The notes under the pieces were generated by a model that made no database searches, was not told the DNA's origin, and worked only from the letters and a program-made list of their open reading frames with translations. A stretch of 55,112 bases of DNA from an uncultured Candidatus Saccharibacteria bacterium (GTDB lineage: Bacteria; Patescibacteriota; Saccharimonadia; Saccharimonadales; Saccharimonadaceae): assembly GCA_964511635.1 (NCBI GenBank), contig CAZEGC010000001.1, forward strand, positions 1 through 55,112, given 5' to 3'. Both the position numbers and the translations under genes were made by a program. Shown in pieces: positions 36,363 to 45,138 of this stretch (the first letter of the stretch is position 1; each line of letters begins with the position of its first letter).

Positions 36363-37241
36363 TCATTCTTCTAAACGCTCACGCATATACTGCGCCAGGG
36401 CTGGACCATACTCTACGCTCTCCATGGCTACGTCAATAATAGCCTTGATGTATTTAAGCTGGTCCCCTGTGTCGTGCCAAACACCCTCCACAAACCGGCC
36501 ATAGACTTCATCTTTTTGGGCCAGCTCATTAATGCTGTCAGCCAAAGTTATTTCGCCGCTTTTATCTACTTTTTCCTGAGCAATTATCGGTAAAATATCA
36601 GGAGTTAACAAATAGCCGCCAACTGAAGCAAAGTTACTTGGTGTATTTTTTTCGCCAGGTTTTTCAACTAACTGCGACACTTTAAAGGTGCGCTCATCAA
36701 TCTCGTCAGAAATTGCGGCCATGCCGTATTTATCGGCGGAGCTTTTATCTACCTCAATTAACGATATTACTGATTTGCCAGTTTTCTCATATGACTCTAG
36801 CAGTTGTGAAGCTCGGGGCACCTTGCTCCGAAAGAAATCATCAGCAAAGAATACAAAGAACGGCTCGTCACTATGTATCAGATGCTGTGCGTTAATAATT
36901 GGACGTGCGTTACCTTTGGGGGTTCCTTTTTGCCGAACGTAAACAAAGTTAGCTAGCCCTGCAATTTTTTTGATTTCATCGGCTTTGTCATGTTTGCCCT
37001 TTTCGCGAAGCTCTGCCTCTAGTTCGTCAGAGCGATCAAAATGATCTTCGATAGCACGTTTTGTACTTCCAGTCACAATTATTATGTCAGTTACACCAGC
37101 AGCCACAGCCTCTTCAACGATCAGCTGAATGACTGGACGATCAATGATTGGTAGCATTTCTTTTGGCATAGCTTTGGTTTGCGGTAAAAAGCGAGTGCCT
37201 AGGCCAGCGGCACAGATAATTGCTTTGGTTGGTTGCTTCAT
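36363..37241 (-). CDS. galU: UTP--glucose-1-phosphate uridylyltransferase
   Basis: It has AAGLGTRFLPQTKAMPKEMLP and VEKP motifs. I place the start at Met4 of the tracked ORF (ATG at 37241, AAGGAG 9 nt upstream) because the tracked ATG abuts the SD. Confidence 0.85.
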   Translation of the reverse strand: MKQPTKAIICAAGLGTRFLPQTKAMPKEMLPIIDRPVIQLIVEEAVAAGVTDIIIVTGSTKRAIEDHFDRSDELEAELREKGKHDKADEIKKIAGLANFVYVRQKGTPKGNARPIINAQHLIHSDEPFFVFFADDFFRSKVPRASQLLESYEKTGKSVISLIEVDKSSADKYGMAAISDEIDERTFKVSQLVEKPGEKNTPSNFASVGGYLLTPDILPIIAQEKVDKSGEITLADSINELAQKDEVYGRFVEGVWHDTGDQLKYIKAIIDVAMESVEYGPALAQYMRERLEE

Positions 37242-37254
37242 ATTGATCATCTCC

Positions 37255-38712
37255 TTACTTTTCTAGGCGCTGTTTTATCATCTCGCCAGCCAGCGCTGGG
37301 TTGGCTTTACCTTTAGACTTTTTCATAACCTGTCCGATTAAATAGCCGATTACTTTATCATTACCGGCCCGAATATCAGCGATAGCCTTCTGGGACCCAG
37401 GATCGCTTAGCACTTCGTCAACGATCGCTGCGATAGCACCTACGTCGCTAACCTGGATTAGGTTCCTACGCTCTGCTATCGCTCGCGGCGAGTCCGACTG
37501 ACCCGAGGTAAGTTCGATAAATACATCCTTAGCAGCCGTGCTGCTAACCTCGTTGCCACGCGCCATGTTGGCAAGCTCGATTAAGCTCTTTACCGGTGGA
37601 ATCACAAGACTCTTGCTAGCACCATCTTCAACCCGCCCAAGTGCGCTAGCAAACCAGTGTGCGGTCCGCTTTGCTGTGTCTGGATCTGACTGGTGCAACA
37701 CCGAGGTGACCGTCTCGGCAAATGCCGGGTCGGCCAGTAGTGCATCAACCACCGAACTATCGAGCTCCATCACCTCCCACTGTCGGCGATACGCCGGCGG
37801 CAACGTGGGCATAGTATCCTTTAAGGCAGCAATTTCATCGCTTGTGAGCACTACCGGAGGAATGTCCGCGTCCGGCATGTAGCGATAATCTTGCGCATCC
37901 TCCTTGGACCTCTGTGATATGGTTTTTTGCTTAGCCTCGACCCAGCCACGCGTCTCTTGGACTATGCGCTCCCCGGCTTCAAGTAGCTCTACTTGGCGTT
38001 TAAATTCATACTCGGCCGCCCTTTCGACGCTTCTGAATGAATTTAAGTTCTTCACTTCAGCACGATTGCCTAGCTTGTCTGAATCTTTTGGAGCTACCGA
38101 AATATTAACGTCAAAACGCATATTGCCATGATACAGGTCGCCGTGTGTCACGCCAGCATAGACCATCAATCGGTGCAGCTCGCTGGCGTAAGCTTTCGCC
38201 TCTACTGGTGAATGAATATCCGGTTCGGACACAATTTCAATCAATGGTGTACCAGCCCGATTTAAGTCAACATAGCTAGCATCACCTTCATGAGTTAACT
38301 TGCCGGCGTCCTCTTCAAGGTGAGCATGATGAATTCGAACCTTTACCTCGCCGCCATCTGGCAATGGAGCAAGAACGTAACCAGGCCCGATAATTGGCTC
38401 GTACATCTGCGTAATCTGATAGCCCTTCGGCAAGTCAGGGTAGAAATAATGCTTTCTATCAAATCTGCTAACTAGAGAAATTTGACTATTTAATGCGAGT
38501 CCTGCTTTTACGGCTAAGTTAATCGCCTCTTTATTTAGTACGGGCAACATGCCAGGCAAGCCATAATCGATTGGGCTAACTGCACTATTTGGCTCCCTAT
38601 CGCGCGCGTCGTTGTCGGCACCACTGAATAACTTGGTCTTGGTTGATAGTTGAACGTGACACTCGATGCCAATTGTCATTTCATATTTTGATAAAATTTC
38701 AGCAGTTAGCAT
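37255..38712 (-). CDS. gatB: Asp/Glu-tRNA(Asn/Gln) amidotransferase subunit B
   Basis: 485 aa with YEMTIGIECHVQL, the GatB core and a C-terminal YqeY-like domain. The start codon directly abuts the stop of the upstream small ORF (TAAATG). Confidence 0.9.
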   Translation of the reverse strand: MLTAEILSKYEMTIGIECHVQLSTKTKLFSGADNDARDREPNSAVSPIDYGLPGMLPVLNKEAINLAVKAGLALNSQISLVSRFDRKHYFYPDLPKGYQITQMYEPIIGPGYVLAPLPDGGEVKVRIHHAHLEEDAGKLTHEGDASYVDLNRAGTPLIEIVSEPDIHSPVEAKAYASELHRLMVYAGVTHGDLYHGNMRFDVNISVAPKDSDKLGNRAEVKNLNSFRSVERAAEYEFKRQVELLEAGERIVQETRGWVEAKQKTISQRSKEDAQDYRYMPDADIPPVVLTSDEIAALKDTMPTLPPAYRRQWEVMELDSSVVDALLADPAFAETVTSVLHQSDPDTAKRTAHWFASALGRVEDGASKSLVIPPVKSLIELANMARGNEVSSTAAKDVFIELTSGQSDSPRAIAERRNLIQVSDVGAIAAIVDEVLSDPGSQKAIADIRAGNDKVIGYLIGQVMKKSKGKANPALAGEMIKQRLEK

Positions 38713-39132
38713 TTAAATCGCCCCTACATCCTTTAAGGCTTTCTTAAACTGTGACAAAGCCTGACGAGCTTGACTGTAGGAGACCTTTACATCGGACTCA
38801 TGGGCAATTGCATTGCGTAGCTTATGAGCGGACCATATTCCGTTCCTGTCACTAAATAACTCTTTGGAGTTTTTCATCCTTTCGCCAAGTGTTTCGCCAG
38901 GCGCGCCCCTGTCTTTTAGCGCCTGATCAAGCAATTTATCGGCATCTAGAACTGTCAGGTGATAGCTCGATGGTTCGTCTTTTTTTAACTGCCTTTCAAT
39001 CGACATCCACTTCAGGCGGTACTTATTAACATCTAATTTATTGCTACCTTTTTTAGTTAGCGAAATAATGACCACCATTATCGCACCAACGATTAATATA
39101 GCTGCAAAAAGAAATATTATATTTTGTCCCAT
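38713..39132 (-). CDS. Small single-pass membrane protein with a C-terminal helical domain carrying an Rx4H (HEPN-like) motif, embedded in gatCAB
   Basis: 139 aa. It has an N-terminal TM helix (IIFLFAAILIVGAIMVVIISL) and an alpha-helical soluble domain ending ...WSAHKLRNAIAHESDV. Its start overlaps the gatA stop (TAATG) and its stop abuts the gatB start. Confidence 0.6.
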   Translation of the reverse strand: MGQNIIFLFAAILIVGAIMVVIISLTKKGSNKLDVNKYRLKWMSIERQLKKDEPSSYHLTVLDADKLLDQALKDRGAPGETLGERMKNSKELFSDRNGIWSAHKLRNAIAHESDVKVSYSQARQALSQFKKALKDVGAI

Positions 39133-40535
39133 TAACTATCCTCCAATGAACGTGCTAACGCTAGTAAATTCGCATCTGTTTTCCTGGCTCCGATTAGCTG
39201 CACACCGATCGGTAACCCATCGCTGGATTCACCCGCCGGAACGCTAATAGCAGGCAGCCCTGCTAGACTTGCCGGTACCGTCATTAAGTCCGCTAGGTAC
39301 ATCTTTACTGGATCACTAGTATTTTCACCTAGCCCAAAAGCCGGTGTCGGTGCTACTGGGCCGATTAAAATGTCATATTTGTCAAAAAGCTTGTCAAATT
39401 CTGAAATTAGCAGGGTTCTGGCTTTTTGCGCTTTCTTATAGTAGGCATCAAAATAACCACTTGATAAGACAAAGCTACCAATCATAATCCGCCGTTTATT
39501 TTCGGTTTCAAAGCCTTCACCTCGCGTCTTCCCGTAGAGTTCAACTAGTGATTTTGCATCGTCAGCACGGTAACCATAGCGAATACCGTCATATCTAGCT
39601 AGGTTGCTACTGATTTCTGCTGGCACAATAATGTAATACATCGCTAGCGCTTGTTTTGCCATCGGCAAACTAACCTCATCCACCATATGCCCCAAACTTC
39701 GCAGCTTCTCGGCGTAATCTAGCGTCACGCGCTGCACCTCACTATCCGTGTCTTCGTCCATAAGTTCTTTTATGATGGCTATTTTTTGACCCGCACGCGG
39801 CATTTCAATCGGTGCAAAGAAGTCCTCGAGTGTCGTCATGTCTGATGCGTCCTTACCGGACATGATATCTATCACAATTTCAGCGTCACGAGCTTTACGC
39901 GCGAAAACACCAACTGTGTCTGTACTACTCGACATTGCCACTACCCCATAACGGCTAACGGTTCCGTACGTGGGCTTCATGCCAACTACGCCATTAAAGC
40001 TAGCTGGCTGACGTATTGAGCCGCCCGTATCTGTTCCTAGTGCAAATGGCACCACATCAAGCGCCACAACCACTGCAGAGCCACCACTACTGCCGCCCGG
40101 AACTCGACTGGTATCAACTGCATTTCTGGTGATTTTAAAGGCGGAATTTTCAGTACTACCACCGTGCGCGAAAGCATCTAGGTTACTTTTACCAATACAA
40201 ATCGCCCCCTCGGCCTCTAGTCGCTCAATGGCCTCAGCCTGGACTGGAGAGACAAAATCTTCTAACATCTTGCTAGCAGCTGTGCTGGGGCCGCCATGAG
40301 TCATAAAGTTATCCTTGGCTATAAAAGGAACGCCCGCTAGTCTTCCAGCATTCTCGCCGCTAGCAATTTTTTGATCGATTTCATGGGCTCGTTCTAACGC
40401 ACGCTCACGCGTTATCATTAGTACTGCCTCGTAGCTGCTCGCGCTCTCACACTTTTCAATCGCCAAGCTAACCTCGCTGGCGGCCGTTGATTTGCCTTCT
40501 TTAATACGCCTAACAATTGTTTCGATGCTAGACAT
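39132..40535 (-). CDS. gatA: Glutamyl-tRNA(Gln) amidotransferase subunit A
   Basis: 467 aa with the amidase signature GGSSGGSAVVVA and catalytic Ser-cisSer-Lys context. Confidence 0.9.
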   Translation of the reverse strand: MSSIETIVRRIKEGKSTAASEVSLAIEKCESASSYEAVLMITRERALERAHEIDQKIASGENAGRLAGVPFIAKDNFMTHGGPSTAASKMLEDFVSPVQAEAIERLEAEGAICIGKSNLDAFAHGGSTENSAFKITRNAVDTSRVPGGSSGGSAVVVALDVVPFALGTDTGGSIRQPASFNGVVGMKPTYGTVSRYGVVAMSSSTDTVGVFARKARDAEIVIDIMSGKDASDMTTLEDFFAPIEMPRAGQKIAIIKELMDEDTDSEVQRVTLDYAEKLRSLGHMVDEVSLPMAKQALAMYYIIVPAEISSNLARYDGIRYGYRADDAKSLVELYGKTRGEGFETENKRRIMIGSFVLSSGYFDAYYKKAQKARTLLISEFDKLFDKYDILIGPVAPTPAFGLGENTSDPVKMYLADLMTVPASLAGLPAISVPAGESSDGLPIGVQLIGARKTDANLLALARSLEDS

Positions 40536-40539
40536 ACGG

Positions 40540-40830
40540 CTATAGTACTTTCAAAACTTTAATCTGGTTTTTATCTGAATCTGGTGCCAGCGCAAGCAAA
40601 CTAGCGCGATCAACTTGGTAGTCCACTACACTATCGTCGCGCCATACATTTTTTAAATCCGTCACTTGATATGTCGGCTCAACATCAGTAGTATCAATTT
40701 CTGAAAGCTGCTCGATATATTCAATGATGTTTGAAATGTCTTGCTTTAAATTATCGACTTCGCCTTTTTTTAGCTTTAATCCACTCAGGCGAGCCAGGTG
40801 CTGCACAGTATCGCTTGTTATATCTGCCAT
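40540..40830 (-). CDS. gatC: Glutamyl-tRNA(Gln) amidotransferase subunit C
   Basis: 96 aa with VQHLARLSGLKL...DTTDVEPT, located immediately upstream of gatA. Confidence 0.85.
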   Translation of the reverse strand: MADITSDTVQHLARLSGLKLKKGEVDNLKQDISNIIEYIEQLSEIDTTDVEPTYQVTDLKNVWRDDSVVDYQVDRASLLALAPDSDKNQIKVLKVL

Positions 40831-40836
40831 ACGTAT

Positions 40837-40842
40837 ATTGTA
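40837..40842 (-). promoter_or_regulatory. -10 element TACAAT, 6 nt upstream of the gatC ATG
   Basis: The minus strand reads GCGC TACAAT ATACGT ATG, with no SD. Confidence 0.4.
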
Positions 40843-40900
40843 GCGCAGTTTTAGAGCGAATGCAGCAAAGGAGTCTTTAATCAGGCGGAGCTATGGGGTT

Positions 40901-42118
40901 TTATCGGGCTTCGATAAAAGTATGAGCATGACCGCGCGCACCACTTCTGCCGGTTCGGCCGATGCGATGAATGTAGTCTTCATATGTCTGAGGTGTGTCA
41001 AAGTTAATTACGTGACTAACATTTGGAATATCTAGCCCACGTGCCGCCACGTCAGTTGCAACCAGTACCTTGACTCGTTCGTCCTTGAACTGCTTTAGGG
41101 CCCTTTGGCGTTGGGATTGATTTTTGTTTCCATGGATAGCAGCCGACGGTATGCCTACATTCGACAAGTGGTCGCTTAGTCTCTGCACACCAAACTTAGT
41201 TTCTCCGAATACTAGAACCTTATCGTATGCTTCGTTGCTCAGCATGTTAGTTAGTAGCTCAATTTTATGAGCTTTGTTCGAAGCCTGGATAACATCCTGC
41301 TCGACGTGGTCACTAGTCACTCCGGTCCGGACAGAAACAGTAACTGGATCGTTTAGGAATTTGTTAACTAGTACTTCAATTTCAGGCGTAATAGTAGCAC
41401 TGAAAAATAGCGTCTGTCTGTCGCGCGGCATCGCGTCAACAATCGTACGAATGTCTGGCAAGAATCCCATATCAAGCATTCGGTCAGCTTCATCTAGTAC
41501 CAAAGTTGTCATGTTTTTTAACTGAAGCACTCTGCGGTTAAGTAAATCCTTCAAACGCCCCGGAGTACCAATGATAAAATGCGGACGCCGCTTTAGGTCA
41601 CGAATCTGGCGGTCAATATTGACTCCACCCACTACGAGGGTTGAGTGCAGCCCCAGGCGCTCACTAAACACACGAAACTCATCATTTATCTGCTGAGCTA
41701 GCTCGCGCGTAGGCGCCATGATTAAGACACTCGGTCGTTGCGTTATCCCGGACTGACGTTCAATTATAGGCAGTAAAAAGGCAGCTGTTTTACCGGTTCC
41801 GGTATTTGCCAGACCTACGACGTCTTTGCCATCAATAATGTGTGGTATTGCCTGGTCCTGAATTGCGCTCGGGGCAATATAGCCTTTTTGGGTTATATTA
41901 TGCTGCAACTGAGTCCCGAATGGAAAATCAGCAAACACGTGCCTGTGTTCGTAAACTGTCTCTTCAACAGATTTTGCTTTATTGATAAATTTTGACGGAT
42001 GAATGAATTTTTTCATCGGTCCCCTGCGGCCTCCATTACCGCGGCGATTGCCGTAAGGATTATTTGAGCGCGTGCGGCCACTCTGTGGTCGTCCACCACG
42101 CTTTTGTTGATATGCCAT
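40901..42118 (-). CDS. DEAD-box ATP-dependent RNA helicase with an Arg/Gly-rich N-terminal tail
   Basis: 405 aa with a Q motif, Walker A NTGTGKT, LDEADRMLD (DEAD), SAT and HRIGRTGR. Confidence 0.9.
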   Translation of the reverse strand: MAYQQKRGGRPQSGRTRSNNPYGNRRGNGGRRGPMKKFIHPSKFINKAKSVEETVYEHRHVFADFPFGTQLQHNITQKGYIAPSAIQDQAIPHIIDGKDVVGLANTGTGKTAAFLLPIIERQSGITQRPSVLIMAPTRELAQQINDEFRVFSERLGLHSTLVVGGVNIDRQIRDLKRRPHFIIGTPGRLKDLLNRRVLQLKNMTTLVLDEADRMLDMGFLPDIRTIVDAMPRDRQTLFFSATITPEIEVLVNKFLNDPVTVSVRTGVTSDHVEQDVIQASNKAHKIELLTNMLSNEAYDKVLVFGETKFGVQRLSDHLSNVGIPSAAIHGNKNQSQRQRALKQFKDERVKVLVATDVAARGLDIPNVSHVINFDTPQTYEDYIHRIGRTGRSGARGHAHTFIEAR

Positions 42119-42188
42119 TATTAAATAGCCTTTCGTTATATAGGTAATATTTTAGTCGTACAATTTGTGAACAGCGAGAGAATAATTC

Positions 42189-42500
42189 AGTGGCCGCGTC
42201 AGTCTTGTCACTTAAATAAACGCTGATCTTTGAAAAGAAGCTCGATATCCATCGATAGCACTGATATCTACTCTAGCACTATTGGCCCGATAAAGCAAGC
42301 CGCACGTGACTTAAATACCATGCAGCCCTGAATCTTTACCCTGTCCCACGCCCTAACATGCACATATAACGTGGATTGGCCTCTGCGATCGGACGAGCGG
42401 CCACTTAACCTGCTGGAGAGCCGCACATCTAATAGCTAGAAGGGCGAACCCATAAGGCACGAAGGCATGGAGAGACATAGGGTTCATCCCTAAGAGGTGT
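42189..42500 (-). ncRNA. Candidate structured non-coding RNA of unassigned family; strand tentative
   Basis: In the 388-nt gap 42119-42506 the ORF track lists no ORF, and the helicase promoter/SD account only for 42119 to about 42185. GC is elevated at 42290-42480. AGTGGCCGC (42189-42197) is complementary to GCGGCCACT (42397-42405), extendable to about 13 bp. A bulged hairpin lies at 42442-42490. The minus strand shows weak colinear resemblance to RNase P RNA conserved blocks. Confidence 0.3.
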
Positions 42501-42506
42501 AGAAAA

Positions 42507-44477
42507 TTACATTTTTTGCTTAATTTCGGCAATTAAATCACGTAGTTCGGCAGCTTTTTCAAACTCCAAATTAGCGCTGGCTAGCTCCATCTGGGCTGTT
42601 AAATCTTTTATGAGTGTTTTGTATTCGTCTTTTGGTATTTTCTTTAGATCGATTTTTGGCTTGCCATCGTCCTTCATCGGGATAATTGCCCGAAGACCCT
42701 CGTCTATTTCCTTGGCGACACTACGTGGAGTGATGCCGTGCTTTTGATTGTGCGAAACCTGAATAGACCGCCTACGGTTAGTTTCATCGATTGCAGCCTG
42801 CATTGAACGCGTCACTTTATCGGCGTACATAATCACCTGGCCTTCTTCGTGCCTGGCGGCCCGACCAATTGTCTGGATTAATGAACTTTCAGACCGAAGA
42901 AAACCTTCCTTGTCGGCATCAATAATTGCCACCAAGCTGACTTCAGGCAGGTCCAGACCCTCACGTAGCAAATTTATACCGACCAAAACATCATAAACAC
43001 CCATCCGTAAATCACGCAAAACGTCACTGCGCTCTAGTGTGTCAATTTCGCTATGAAGATAAGCAGTTTTAATATCAATTTCTTGCAAATGCGCACTTAA
43101 ATCTTCGGCCATTCGCTTGGTAAGTGTCGTGACAAGCACCCGTTGATTCTTGCTAGTGCGATCTCGTATTTCAGCGATCAGATCATCTATCTGTTCGTCG
43201 GTTGGTCGTACGTGAATCTCAGGATCAAGCAATCCAGTCGGTCGTATGACCTGCTGCACTGGCTCGGGACTACGTTCAAGTTCATAATCACCAGGTGTAG
43301 CCGAGACATAAATAATTTTATTAATATGAGAGTTAAATTCGTCAAAAGTTAGCGGACGATTATCGAGTGCGCTGGGCAGGCGAAATCCATGCTCCACTAA
43401 AACTTCTTTTCGGGCCCTGTCGCCGTTATACATACCCCGAACCTGCGGCAAGGTCATGTGACTCTCATCAACCATCATCAAAAAGTCATCAGGGAAATAA
43501 TCGAGCAGGGTCGCAGGTTGCTGGCCAGGCTCCCGGTTAGTTAGATATCGGCTATAGTTTTCAATGCCTTTTACAAAACCAGTCTCTTCTAGCATTTCTA
43601 TATCAAATTTGGTGCGCTGAGCTAGTCGCTGCGCTTCGAGCAGTTTATTGTGTCGCTCGAACCACTCCAGCCTTTCTTTGAATTCGCGCTTGATGTTTTC
43701 AATCGCTCGCTCAAGCTTTTGCTTCGGAGTCACGTAGTGGCTGCTAGGAAATATCTTTATCTCGGTAGGTTCTTTTAGTATTTCACCCGTTAGTGGGTCG
43801 ATTTGCGTAATCCGGTCAACTTCATCCCCAAAAAACTCTAACCTATACGCCACGTCGCTCCCGGCCGGAAAGACATCCACTACGTCCCCTCGAACCCTAA
43901 ACGTTCCACGATGAAAATCTACATCGTTACGTTGATACTGGATATCTGTCAGCCAGCGTATAAACTTTGCCTGCTGACGGCGTTCACCTCTTTTGATCGT
44001 AATTGACATTTCACCGTAGTCATCGGGTGATCCAATGCCGTATATACAGCTAACACTAGCTACAATTATAACGTCACGTCGAGTCAGCAAACTTGAGGTC
44101 GCAGCGTGTCTAAGTCGATCGATTTCTTCGTTAATTTTAGAATCTTTTTCAATATAGGTATCACTGCTGGCAATATAGGCTTCCGGTTGGTAATAGTCAA
44201 AATAGCTAACGAAATAGTGAACCTCGTTATCAGGAAAAAAAGTCTTGAATTCAGAAAATAGCTGAGCTGCTAGTGTTTTGTTATGAGCAAGCACCAGGGT
44301 TGGTACTTGCTGACTTTGAATGACGTTTGCCATTGTGAACGTTTTGCCACTACCCGTAACTCCCAGTAGTGTTTGTTCACGTTCGCCGCCTTTTAATCCG
44401 CCTATCAACTGCGAAATAGCCGACGGCTGATCGCCCGTCGGCTGATAATTCGTCTTTAATTTAAAGGATTTATTCAT
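42507..44477 (-). CDS. uvrB: Excinuclease ABC subunit B
   Basis: 656 aa with Walker A GVTGSGKT, a beta-hairpin region, helicase motifs and a C-terminal UVR domain ([11 protein letters not shown]). Confidence 0.95.
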   Translation of the reverse strand: MNKSFKLKTNYQPTGDQPSAISQLIGGLKGGEREQTLLGVTGSGKTFTMANVIQSQQVPTLVLAHNKTLAAQLFSEFKTFFPDNEVHYFVSYFDYYQPEAYIASSDTYIEKDSKINEEIDRLRHAATSSLLTRRDVIIVASVSCIYGIGSPDDYGEMSITIKRGERRQQAKFIRWLTDIQYQRNDVDFHRGTFRVRGDVVDVFPAGSDVAYRLEFFGDEVDRITQIDPLTGEILKEPTEIKIFPSSHYVTPKQKLERAIENIKREFKERLEWFERHNKLLEAQRLAQRTKFDIEMLEETGFVKGIENYSRYLTNREPGQQPATLLDYFPDDFLMMVDESHMTLPQVRGMYNGDRARKEVLVEHGFRLPSALDNRPLTFDEFNSHINKIIYVSATPGDYELERSPEPVQQVIRPTGLLDPEIHVRPTDEQIDDLIAEIRDRTSKNQRVLVTTLTKRMAEDLSAHLQEIDIKTAYLHSEIDTLERSDVLRDLRMGVYDVLVGINLLREGLDLPEVSLVAIIDADKEGFLRSESSLIQTIGRAARHEEGQVIMYADKVTRSMQAAIDETNRRRSIQVSHNQKHGITPRSVAKEIDEGLRAIIPMKDDGKPKIDLKKIPKDEYKTLIKDLTAQMELASANLEFEKAAELRDLIAEIKQKM

Positions 44478-44484
44478 CCTTTCT

Positions 44485-44493
44485 ATTATATCA
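44485..44493 (-). promoter_or_regulatory. Extended -10 element TGATATAAT, 7 nt upstream of the uvrB ATG
   Basis: The minus strand reads TGA TATAAT AGAAAGG ATG. Confidence 0.5.
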
Positions 44494-44524
44494 CCGCTAG
44501 ATTTGCAAAGTTAACAGCTAAAAG

Positions 44525-45133
44525 CTAGCCCCGACCTTTGCGCTTTTCACTGACGTGACCATCATCTGCACTATGATCAAAATCAGCGTACTTCTCGTCA
44601 AGTGCTTCAATAATTTTTTGCACCAAACGCTTAGGGTCGGTATCATAAATTACATCCTTTGCGCCCGGGGCTTCGATATTTTCTAGTAGCGCAGGCACAT
44701 AGTCCGCTAGCCCGCCGCTGCCTAGCAAGACTCCACACACTTTACGGCTTTCAAGTGCAGTTGATAGTTCATGCAAACTACCCATGCGCCCACCGACAGT
44801 AATGACTGCGTCGCTGCTACGCACTAAGTGTACGTCACGTCCAACATAGGCCATGCCGGTAAAGTTGATGTAATCAAATTCAACAGTTGGCAGCTTATAG
44901 ACTGCTACGTGTTCGCGAAATGAGCTAGCAGGTGAAAATCCAATCGAAATTCCCCGCTTACCCTTAACACTGACTGCCCCCATAGCGGCATAATGCGGCA
45001 AGCCGACCGTAGCGCCAGTCGTAAGAGTCTTGCCTTTTTCTGAAATCGCCTTTCCTAGATCATAGGCTAACTGGTGCGATGACTTAACGGTGTCGCCGCT
45101 AGCAGCACCTGATACACAAATCTGATAGCGCAT
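44525..45133 (-). CDS. LOG/TIGR00725-family Rossmann protein (putative nucleotide N-ribohydrolase-type enzyme)
   Basis: 202 aa. ICVSGAASG is at the N-terminus, and VGGRMGSLHE resembles the LOG PGGxGTxxE motif. Confidence 0.6.
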   Translation of the reverse strand: MRYQICVSGAASGDTVKSSHQLAYDLGKAISEKGKTLTTGATVGLPHYAAMGAVSVKGKRGISIGFSPASSFREHVAVYKLPTVEFDYINFTGMAYVGRDVHLVRSSDAVITVGGRMGSLHELSTALESRKVCGVLLGSGGLADYVPALLENIEAPGAKDVIYDTDPKRLVQKIIEALDEKYADFDHSADDGHVSEKRKGRG

Positions 45134-45138
45134 AGACC

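Noticed and set aside
42250-42285. Short direct repeats (TAGCACT twice, GATATC twice) as a possible CRISPR or iteron array
   Set aside because: They are only 6-7 nt long with two copies each and irregular spacing, which is within chance expectation. I saw no CRISPR-like array anywhere in the window.
42119-42506. tmRNA or SRP RNA in the uvrB-helicase gap
   Set aside because: There is no tRNA-like T-arm with a 7-nt TPsiC-type loop plus acceptor/CCA end on either strand. There is no GGAA tetraloop with the flanking AGCAGCC-type SRP domain IV motif.
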